This document shows, one piece after another, positions 56,077 to 64,000 of a stretch of 64,000 bases of DNA. Each line of letters starts with the position of its first letter. Position 1 is the stretch's first letter. A program made the position numbers and the translations under genes. The notes under the pieces are model-generated. The model was given only the letters and a program-made list of their open reading frames with translations. It had not been told where the DNA came from and made no database searches. Source of the stretch: Naegleria gruberi (taxonomy: Eukaryota); assembly GCA_000004985.1 (NCBI GenBank), contig GG738860.1. The stretch is one strand, 5' to 3'.

Positions 56077-57909
56077 TTATAATTTACTTCTCTTTTCTGC
56101 TGGAGTTTTGTAACCATCACTTTCGTTACCAATGAGATAATCAGTGGCATTGATTTGCTTGATGAGTTCAATCTTTTCCTTCGAAGGGAGAAGATTGAGT
56201 GGGTGATCTTCAACGAAAATCTTGAGAATTGAAACATTTCTGTTTGAATTCTTTGACATGCAATGTTCCAAAAGGAGAACGGCAACTTGAATGTGAGCAA
56301 TTGTGAAGGCCAAATCTCTTGCAAAGGTTGTCAATACAGCTTGATTCTTTTGGTTGGTTTTGAGATAGTCGACAACATCGTGAACTGCCTTGGTAATTCC
56401 CTTTGAAATGTGAGATACATTGGAAGATGAAGGTGAATTAGCAACACTAACAGCACGGTCAACCCAACTCTTCAAAGTATCTTGACCAGATTCAGGATGT
56501 AACAAAACTCTCAATACATCCAATGAGAGAATATTTGTTGTTCCTTCCCAAATACTCAAAACTTGAGCATCTCTTAATAAACGAGGCATTCCAGAGTCTT
56601 CAGTATAGCCAACACCTCCCAACATTTCCAATCCTTCACTCACAACTTGGAGAGATTTCTTACCAGTGTACAATTTAATGATTGGAATACACAATCTGAG
56701 AATTTGCCTTTCATTTTGATTGGCAATTCCACATTCCTCCTTACCAAGTATTCTGACACAATCCATAACAAAATGCAAACTACCAGTAGTTTCTGCTACC
56801 ATCTTTGAGAGCCATCTCAAATGGAGAGTATTGTGTGCCAAGATTTGTCCCTTATTTACAATTCTTTTTGATGCAAAATCTTGAGCAATATTTACAGCTC
56901 TTCTCATTTTGGCAACAGCACAAATTGAGTTGTAAATTCTAGTTACATTAATCATGGTTGCAATGAATTTAACACCTTGTCCACGAGGACTGATAAGAGT
57001 GGCCTTTGCATTTTTGAGTTCAATTTCAGATGTTGGCATGGCCTTGGTTCCCAACTTGTTCTTGAATTTGTGGAACAAGAGGCCATTCCAATTTTGTCCA
57101 GTTTCATCTTTGGTCTTTAAGAGGAATAGAGAAACCTTATCATCAACTTTTCCAGTCTTTTCATCTTTGATTTTAGCAAGCAAAAGAGCCATTGCAGAGT
57201 CAGAACTACCAAACCACTTGAAACCATTGAGAAGATAATCGAAATCTTTAACTTGAGTGGCAATAGTTTCACATCCAGAAACATCAGATCCACCACTCTT
57301 TTCTGTCATCCACTGATTACTAGTCCAGAATTGTTCAGGATCTCTTGATGTTAAATGTTGTCTACACTCAATCATTAATTGTTCTCTCTTCTTTTCAGCA
57401 TCAGTTAAATTAGTTTTCTTTCTTTCAGAATTGAGAACAGTTTCCAATAATTTAGAAGCTCCATCACCCATAGAAAGAGGACAAGTCTGAACAGCACAAC
57501 TTGGATCATACAAATACAATTTGGCAAATTGATAAACTCTAGCAAATTGACGAAACCTGTCACGCTCGTATCCCAAAGCAATAAGTCCTTCTCTTGCACT
57601 AGTATCATACAATTCCTTCCAAGAAGAATGCATCTCAATTCTGTCAACTCTGTTATGCCAAGCATCATAATGAATTAATTTTGGTTCATTTCTCTCAGCC
57701 AAATCAGACCATTTCCAAATAGTTGATGAAACTTTATCACCAAAAGCAGTCAAATCCTTCATAATATCATCTCGGATTGTGTTATTCTTCTTATCCAGAG
57801 AAAATATGTAACGATCGAGAATTTCCAACAAGGCTTGATCTTCAAGGAATGTATTTCCCAATGTTGGTGCTTCCAATTTGAAACTCTTTTCAAGTGAGAA
57901 AGAAGACAT
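56077..57909 (-). CDS. Acyl-CoA dehydrogenase family protein (AidB-like)
   Basis: The track start is TTG at 57957. The ATG is at 57907-57909 (MSSFSLEK...). The C-terminal ACAD-like region has WEGTTNILSLDVLRVL (compare AidB WEGSGNxMCLDVLR) and LGGVGYTEDSGMPRLLRDAQV. The stop codon lies 1 nt from the stop of the convergent upstream gene. Confidence 0.7.
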   Translation of the reverse strand: MSSFSLEKSFKLEAPTLGNTFLEDQALLEILDRYIFSLDKKNNTIRDDIMKDLTAFGDKVSSTIWKWSDLAERNEPKLIHYDAWHNRVDRIEMHSSWKELYDTSAREGLIALGYERDRFRQFARVYQFAKLYLYDPSCAVQTCPLSMGDGASKLLETVLNSERKKTNLTDAEKKREQLMIECRQHLTSRDPEQFWTSNQWMTEKSGGSDVSGCETIATQVKDFDYLLNGFKWFGSSDSAMALLLAKIKDEKTGKVDDKVSLFLLKTKDETGQNWNGLLFHKFKNKLGTKAMPTSEIELKNAKATLISPRGQGVKFIATMINVTRIYNSICAVAKMRRAVNIAQDFASKRIVNKGQILAHNTLHLRWLSKMVAETTGSLHFVMDCVRILGKEECGIANQNERQILRLCIPIIKLYTGKKSLQVVSEGLEMLGGVGYTEDSGMPRLLRDAQVLSIWEGTTNILSLDVLRVLLHPESGQDTLKSWVDRAVSVANSPSSSNVSHISKGITKAVHDVVDYLKTNQKNQAVLTTFARDLAFTIAHIQVAVLLLEHCMSKNSNRNVSILKIFVEDHPLNLLPSKEKIELIKQINATDYLIGNESDGYKTPAEKRSKL

Positions 57910-58195
57910 TTTCAATAAATTAATAAATAATAATATATATACAGTTATTAATAGCAATACAAAGAGAGAAATCTTTTGAGAGATGAAGATGTGAGAGGAT
58001 CCAACAAGAGAGAGATGTTTTGCTATTTTTTTTTACTATTGTAATCAAAGAGGAAGACTGGAAAAATAATGTCATTACAAAATTTGACCAAGCTTAGGTC
58101 TGGACTTGTTATTAGAAATGTTACTCCATAAATTGATGATTTCTTTAGTGATGGAGAAAAGAATTAACATGAATGGTAGATATTAGACGAAACTT

Positions 58196-58945
58196 TTAAT
58201 GAAGATTACTTTCCAATGCTTCAAAATAAATTTCATCATATAAATCCTCAACAAAAACTCTCATATGATCAACTCTCTTCTTTGCCAATTTCTTTCCAGT
58301 TTCTGTTTTCATCATTGACTCCAAGTGGAATAATTTATCATAGAAATGTTGAATGGCAGAATCGTCAGTGGTAGAAACAGTTGGTTTTGGTGTTTCCGTA
58401 ATTTTCCAATCAACCATTTCAGAAGGTGATTTGAATTGACTTGTAGGTTCATTGAGATAAATTGCTCTTCCCTTAGATCCACTAAAAACAAGACAACGAG
58501 CAACTCCAACAGCTCCAATGGCATCCAATCGATCACTATCTTGAACAACCTTCAATTCAATTGGTAATTCATTAATGTCCAATACTGTATTCTCCTTCAA
58601 TCGTTTAACTTCCTTTGAGAATGAAATATTATCAACAACAAATTGAACTCTTTCAATTAATTGATTTGGAACTTCGAGTGATGATAAATGTTCTTCGATG
58701 GCTCTCTTTGGTGTCAATGCAGTATCGGATTTTTCAACATATTTATGATCGTGAACATCATGCAAATAGGCAGCCAATTCAATAACTTGTAATTTATCTT
58801 CATCAATTACATTTTCACATTTAGCAATGTGTTTGGCTAAATTGACAACTCTTTCCACATGATTAAAATCATGAGATGCATCATACTTGGACATGATTGA
58901 TGCAACCATTTCACGGGTTTTGACAATAATACGAGTCCAATTCAT
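58196..58945 (-). CDS. HD-domain metal-dependent phosphohydrolase
   Basis: ATG at 58943-58945. The H..H...D ... HD....D motif is SHDFNHVERV...AAYLHDVHDHKY. Confidence 0.65.
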   Translation of the reverse strand: MNWTRIIVKTREMVASIMSKYDASHDFNHVERVVNLAKHIAKCENVIDEDKLQVIELAAYLHDVHDHKYVEKSDTALTPKRAIEEHLSSLEVPNQLIERVQFVVDNISFSKEVKRLKENTVLDINELPIELKVVQDSDRLDAIGAVGVARCLVFSGSKGRAIYLNEPTSQFKSPSEMVDWKITETPKPTVSTTDDSAIQHFYDKLFHLESMMKTETGKKLAKKRVDHMRVFVEDLYDEIYFEALESNLH

Positions 58946-59469
58946 TTTCTTCTTCTTTTTGAATAGATATAATTTGCTTGAGGATCTACAACACAGTGTT
59001 GAGAGATTTGTTTGATTTTTTTTTTGAGATTTTCAATAATTATGAATTGGCCATTTATAGGGCAAAGAACTTCGACGGTGAGATGGAAGCTGCAACAATT
59101 TTTTGATTTTTAGTTCGTTACGAGTCGTGGATTGCCTTTGCTATTAATACGCACGCATCCTTTAGATTAGGTTACATGTTTTATTGTATGAATAATACTT
59201 TTAATACATTTAATTATTTAATATTCCGAATAAATTCAATTAAATTCAAATTAAATATTAAAGGAAATATTTAAATAATAATTTTTTAATTTTTATGTGA
59301 GTTTAAATCCTATTGTTGTTGTTGGAAATAACCAATTGATACGAGTGTTTAAATTGTGAGAGAGAGGGAATGATGATGTAAGAATGGAAAACTAGAGACT
59401 TGTTCGTGTGAAAAGCAAAAAGGGGAGTGTAGCATGATATATTCATATAGCAGTAGCATGGTTACTAAT

Positions 59470-59916
59470 TTACTTTTCCTTTGGTGTTTCTTCTGTTTGT
59501 TCGGAAACTTCTTCTTCTTCGATTATTTCTTCTCCTTCTTCTTGTTCACCTTCTTCGTCTTCGGAAGCTCTGACCAGAGACTTATCTTGTTCCTTTTGCT
59601 TTAACAATAATCTCTTCTTTTCTTGAATGGCAATCTTCATTTCTGGTGATAAACTATCATTCAATTCCTTCAAATTAGATTCAGTAGCATAGATAGCAAT
59701 TTTGTTTGGATACAGGAAATTTCTCATATATCCAGCCTTTACTTTAACTACTTCTCCTTCCACTAAAAATTTAAAATCCTTTTTAATAATAACATCGGTA
59801 TTAGCAACACTTCTCACGAATCGTACTTGTTGTGATTCAACAGCAACAAGGGAAGCAACAACATTGTTCTTTCTAAATGATGATGGCACTGTGGCAATTG
59901 AGAAAAGTCTCTTCAT
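59470..59916 (-). CDS. Mitochondrial ribosomal protein L9 (bL9m)-like
   Basis: DVIIKKDFKFLVEGEVVKVKAGYMRNFLYPNKIAIYATESNLKEL matches the bL9 N-domain (V.L..V..LG..GD.V.VK.GYARNFL.P...A..AT..N). It has a presequence-like N-terminus and an acidic tail. Confidence 0.6.
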   Translation of the reverse strand: MKRLFSIATVPSSFRKNNVVASLVAVESQQVRFVRSVANTDVIIKKDFKFLVEGEVVKVKAGYMRNFLYPNKIAIYATESNLKELNDSLSPEMKIAIQEKKRLLLKQKEQDKSLVRASEDEEGEQEEGEEIIEEEEVSEQTEETPKEK

Positions 59917-60083
59917 TTTTTATTTCATTAAAAAAACAAAAATTCTCAAAGCCTTGGTTCCTTTCTTTCGTTTCTTAAGAAAATAAATATAAAGTCATTT
60001 CGGAAGGCTTTAAAGATTACATATTAATATTAAATAATTATTAAATAGAAGAAGGAGGAGAAATTAGAGGAATTTTTGAAAGG

Positions 60084-62117
60084 ATGGAAAATTCTCAACA
60101 ACAATTTAAAATTGATGTTTTTATTAGTATTAAATCATCATCGAGTCAATATATTAAGAATCATCCACTCTTGTTGAGTTATATATTAATACAATTGGTA
60201 GAACAATCAGAGAAAAAGACACTTGTCTTTACAAATTTCAATCATGTTTTGAAAACTAGTATTTCTCTTCAACAAGAAAGTGTACCAATTGAATTATCAT
60301 TCCGAAGTTTAATTGATAATATTCCAGTATCATCATTTGATTATTTATTCCCGTATACATTGACTCTGGATTCGCCATTGATATATCACTTCAAAGTTTT
60401 GGATGAACACAATGAAGGAAATAATGAATCAACAAATTCGTCATCATCACAAAAGAGAAAGAAATTCTCATGTGGAGGTCTTCAAAAAGAATATGAACAA
60501 TTGAAGAAAACATTGAAACAAATGATTGATTTACGAGAGAATAATGTCAGTGCTGGTGTATTGATACATGGTTTGTCTGGTGTAGGAAAATCACTTCTAG
60601 TTAATACAGTTTTACAAGATTTATTCCAAGAATCGTGTCAACAATCGAATAGTGAAGAAGAAGAACCAAGCATTTTCACAATACACGCATCAATGTTTTC
60701 TAGTAAGGTCTATGGTCAAAACGAAGCCAAAATGAAACAATTCTTCCAAAACCCAAACGAAGAAGGGCATTCTCAATTAATTTATTCATACAAATTTATT
60801 ATACTGGAAGATTTGGAGCAATTAGCTCCATCCAATCAAGTTATACAGGAGAGTTCACTAATGTCAAAGGGTGGTAAAAGATTGGTGAGCACTTTACTTC
60901 ATTGCTTGGATGATTGTCCAAAAAAGAGAATAATTGTAATAGGCATTACAAACCAATTCTCAAAGATTGATTCATCCATAAAGAGGTCAGGAAGATTGGA
61001 TCAAACAGTTATCGAGTGTCCAATTCCAGGAGAAGCAGAGAGACTCAGCATTTTAAAATGTATTTTTGAACAATGTAGTTTGGTAGCTGATGAAAAAGTT
61101 GTAAATAAGGTTGCTGCTGTCACACATGGTTTTGTTGGATCGGATCTGAAATCGTTATGTAATGAGGCTATTCTCCAATATTTCATGAAAACAGAGCCAG
61201 TAGCTCTCGAAGAAGAACAATCAATGATATCTTTAGATTATGAATTTTTCGAGAATGCTCTTGTTCATGTGAGGCCAAGTGCTATCAGACACATCCTTGT
61301 TGAAGTACCAAAAGTTTACTGGGATGATATTGGAGGTCAGGACAATGTCAAACAAGCTCTCAAAGAATCGATCGAATGGCCTTTCAAACACTCTGAGCAC
61401 TTTAAACGAATGAAAATAAGAGCACCAAGAGGTGTGCTTCTTTATGGACCTCCAGGTTGTTCAAAAACGCTGATGGCTAAAGCTTTAGCTACTGAGGCTA
61501 AATTGAACTTTTTGGCTGTGAGAGGTCCTGAGCTGTTCAGCAAATGGGTTGGTGAAAGTGAAAGAGCAGTCCAACAAATTTTCTCAAAGGCAAGACAAGC
61601 TGCTCCAAGCATTATCTTCTTTGATGAGATTGATGGCTTGGGAGTGGAAAGAGGAAGTGGAGGTAACTCTGTTGGTGATAGAGTTCTGTCACAATTACTC
61701 CAAGAATTGGATGGTATTGATCCTTTACAAGGAGTAACGGTAATTGCTGCTACAAATAGACCTGATTTATTGGATAAGGCTCTGCTTAGACCTGGCAGAA
61801 TTGATAGAATGCTCTACGTATCACCACCAGATGAAGCTGCAAGAAGAGAAATTGTGAAAATCCAATTGAAGAAAATGGCAAATATTGTCTCACCAGAGGA
61901 AGTGGAAAAGATTGTTCAATCGACAACTAATTACAGTGGTGCTGAAATGACAGCTCTCTGCAGAGAAGCAGCTTACATTGCACTCCAAGAAGATATCCAC
62001 GCTCAACATGTAGAGTTCAGGCATTTTGAGGAAGCTGTCAAATCAGTTCTTCCAAGAATTACTAAGGATATGCTTGAATTTTACAAGGAGTTTGCCAATA
62101 AAAACAGAGCAGATTAA
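60084..62117 (+). CDS. Type-II AAA+ ATPase (two AAA modules; D2 canonical, D1 divergent)
   Basis: D1 has GLSGVGKS ... IILED. D2 has GPPGCSKT, IIFFDEIDGL and the second region of homology AATNRPDLLDKALLRPGRIDR. A roughly 150-aa N-domain precedes them. The family (Pex6/AFG2/NVL-like) is not resolved. Confidence 0.75.
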   Translation: MENSQQQFKIDVFISIKSSSSQYIKNHPLLLSYILIQLVEQSEKKTLVFTNFNHVLKTSISLQQESVPIELSFRSLIDNIPVSSFDYLFPYTLTLDSPLIYHFKVLDEHNEGNNESTNSSSSQKRKKFSCGGLQKEYEQLKKTLKQMIDLRENNVSAGVLIHGLSGVGKSLLVNTVLQDLFQESCQQSNSEEEEPSIFTIHASMFSSKVYGQNEAKMKQFFQNPNEEGHSQLIYSYKFIILEDLEQLAPSNQVIQESSLMSKGGKRLVSTLLHCLDDCPKKRIIVIGITNQFSKIDSSIKRSGRLDQTVIECPIPGEAERLSILKCIFEQCSLVADEKVVNKVAAVTHGFVGSDLKSLCNEAILQYFMKTEPVALEEEQSMISLDYEFFENALVHVRPSAIRHILVEVPKVYWDDIGGQDNVKQALKESIEWPFKHSEHFKRMKIRAPRGVLLYGPPGCSKTLMAKALATEAKLNFLAVRGPELFSKWVGESERAVQQIFSKARQAAPSIIFFDEIDGLGVERGSGGNSVGDRVLSQLLQELDGIDPLQGVTVIAATNRPDLLDKALLRPGRIDRMLYVSPPDEAARREIVKIQLKKMANIVSPEEVEKIVQSTTNYSGAEMTALCREAAYIALQEDIHAQHVEFRHFEEAVKSVLPRITKDMLEFYKEFANKNRAD

Positions 62118-62133
62118 TATCCAAAATTGTTTT

Positions 62134-63558
62134 TTAATAGCTTTGTGGATTCCATTTTGATTTTCCAGAAATAATATCTTCAACATTGTGAGCAAATTCA
62201 TGAGGAACTTCACCATATTGAATTGACAAAATTCTGTCCCATAATTTCATAGCCAATGATTCTTCTTTTGGAGGCACTGGAATTGGATATTCCTTTCCTT
62301 GATAACTGATAGCATTGATTGGAGCAACAACACAAGCAGTACCAGCTCCGAAAGATTCAAGAATTCGTCCATTTTCGACATCCTTGATAAAATCTTCCAT
62401 AGTATAAGTAACTTCTCTAGCAGGTTGTTTGAATTCATTCTTAACAATATGAAGGACAGATGAACGTGTGACACCTGGTAAAATGACTTCTCCCAATGGT
62501 GGTGTAATCAATTCCTTTTCACCATTATCTGCAATTCTATAGAAGAAAATGTTCATTGTACCAACTTCAGTAATTTGATGGTCAGCTCCGAAAAGCCAGA
62601 GTACTTGACTGTATCCCTTTTCAATGGCTTCTAATTGTGGCATGATTGTAGGACCATAATTAGCACCAACTTTAGCATTACCAGTACCACCTGGGAAAGC
62701 TCTCACATATTTTGGATCAGCAAGTAATTTGACTGGAGCAAAACCAGACTTGAAATATGGACCAACTGGAGAACAAATCACAAATAATTTAGCATTATTT
62801 GGTGGCAAGACTCCCAAAGTACGTTCAGTACTAATCACTGTTGGACGAATGTAGAGAGAGTAACCCTTCTTAGCTGGAACCCAATCCTTTTCAACCTTGA
62901 CCAACTCAGCCATGCATTTTATGAATTCTTCTCCTTGGAAATTCTTCATAAATATATTCCGAAAGTGTTTTTATCATTTGTATCATTGTATTGTTTTTGG
63001 AGGTTGGGTAGTGTCAAGTAATTATCATCAGCACAATGATATTAAAATTAAATTAGAAAAATTGTTAGATTATTTGAAAATTCCGAAATTAAAACATACT
63101 GGTAAACCCAATCTTGCACAAGATCTATTGAGTCTGTTTGAATTCATTTCTGGTCTGAACAAAAAGACGTCTTCTCCATTCTTGTAAGCCTTCAAACCTT
63201 CAAAGCATTGAATAGCATAGTGCAGAGATGAACAAGATGGTGGAAGAGTTAAATCATGATATGGAACAATCTTTGGATTACTCCAACCCTTTTCTGAATT
63301 CCAATCAACTTCAAGCATATGATCTGTAAATTGTTTACCAAAGACAAGACCTTCCCAGGCAGGTTTTGTAAGTGGATTTGTTGTTTTTTCAATAGTCAAT
63401 GATGTATGAAGAAAATCACCATATGGACCCTTTCTAATCGAACATTTATCGTCCTTCAATTCATCAACTTGTGTCTTATGGAATGACCTAGAACAGTTGA
63501 ACAAAATTCGTTGTTGGTTAACTCTATTACAAGTGGAAGTAATCGATTTTTTGAGCAT
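62134..63558 (-). CDS. Branched-chain amino acid aminotransferase (mitochondrial-type), 2 exons, about 422 aa
   Basis: Exon 1 is 63100..63558 (ATG at 63556-63558; ...FTDHMLEVDW...LHYAIQCFEGLKAY...RLGLP). The intron is 62944..63099 (156 nt, GTATGT...ATGAAG). Exon 2 is 62134..62943. The junction gives ...RLGLP|NFQGEEFIKCMAELVKVEKDWVP, which matches the BCAT consensus RLxLPSFDxEEL..C...L..VDKDWVP. Downstream motifs include EVGTMNIFFY, GVTRSSVL and GTACVV. Confidence 0.85.
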
Positions 63559-64000
63559 CTTTTGTGTTATTGTTTGTATTCTCTCTTTTTCAAAAACGTG
63601 GATGTTTACCCGACAATGCAGAGAAAATCTTTCGAGTCTGGAGTTGTTTTTTTAATGTTGGTTTTGGTGTTTGCGCACTCAAAGCATAACAATTAATTGG
63701 CCAGAATACTAACAAAGAGTTGTGGCCTCATCACCATAAACAACATGTCGAGTTTAGGAGTCTTATTTGTGCATTGGTGATGATGGTATTATAATTGTAA
63801 TATTGTGTTGAGTTAATATTTGGACACGGTTTTAATTATTGTTATTGGCGATTAGGTTTGTTGTGTGGCTTCAACGACAAGAATGAGCACCAAAGTGACT
63901 GGACTAGAGTTTACAAAAAGTTCTTGAAGAATCTCCATTTCTATTGGCGGGAATTTTGCTCCGGTTACGAACCAAGCAACGGAACAAACATGTGCTAGAC

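Noticed and set aside
1-64000. Search for CRISPR arrays, restriction-modification or toxin-antitoxin systems, phage-defence islands, or operons
   Set aside because: The sequence is eukaryotic, with spliceosomal introns, Pol III genes and a eukaryotic tRNA without encoded CCA. No direct-repeat/spacer arrays or prokaryotic gene organisation are present.

Overview
This is eukaryotic nuclear DNA, AT-rich (roughly one-third G+C by eye) and gene-dense. I annotate about 27 protein-coding genes on both strands. Intergenic spacers are short (1-450 bp). Several genes carry short spliceosomal introns of 43-246 nt with GTAAGT/GTATGT/GTACGT donors and YAG acceptors; the 6-frame track splits these genes into separate ORFs. 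Products I can support are mitochondrial aconitase, branched-chain aminotransferase, a phi-like GST, an oxysterol-binding protein, an SF1 Upf1-like helicase, a two-module AAA ATPase, an AidB-like acyl-CoA dehydrogenase, an HD hydrolase, mitoribosomal L9, F-box/MORN, F-box/LRR, Sel1-repeat and DUF4116-repeat proteins, and a few multi-exon or low-complexity unknowns. Three Pol III genes are dispersed among them: tRNA-Glu(UUC), tRNA-Leu(UAA) and a 5S rRNA hidden under a spurious ORF. A DIRS-type tyrosine-recombinase retroelement fragment is present twice, and each copy abuts an assembly gap. There are three N runs (50, 50 and 17,069 nt). The sequence just before the big gap (28415-28982) is repeated, slightly diverged, just after it (46417-~46995), so the gap is either a tandem paralog or a haplotype/scaffolding artefact. 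There is no prokaryotic-style system (no CRISPR, no operons). Many track ORFs start at TTG/GTG; I give the true ATG starts where I could find them. The lineage looks like an amoebozoan (dictyostelid-like) or early-diverging fungus (compact genes, N/Q/S-rich tracts, DIRS, short introns), but I cannot assign it.
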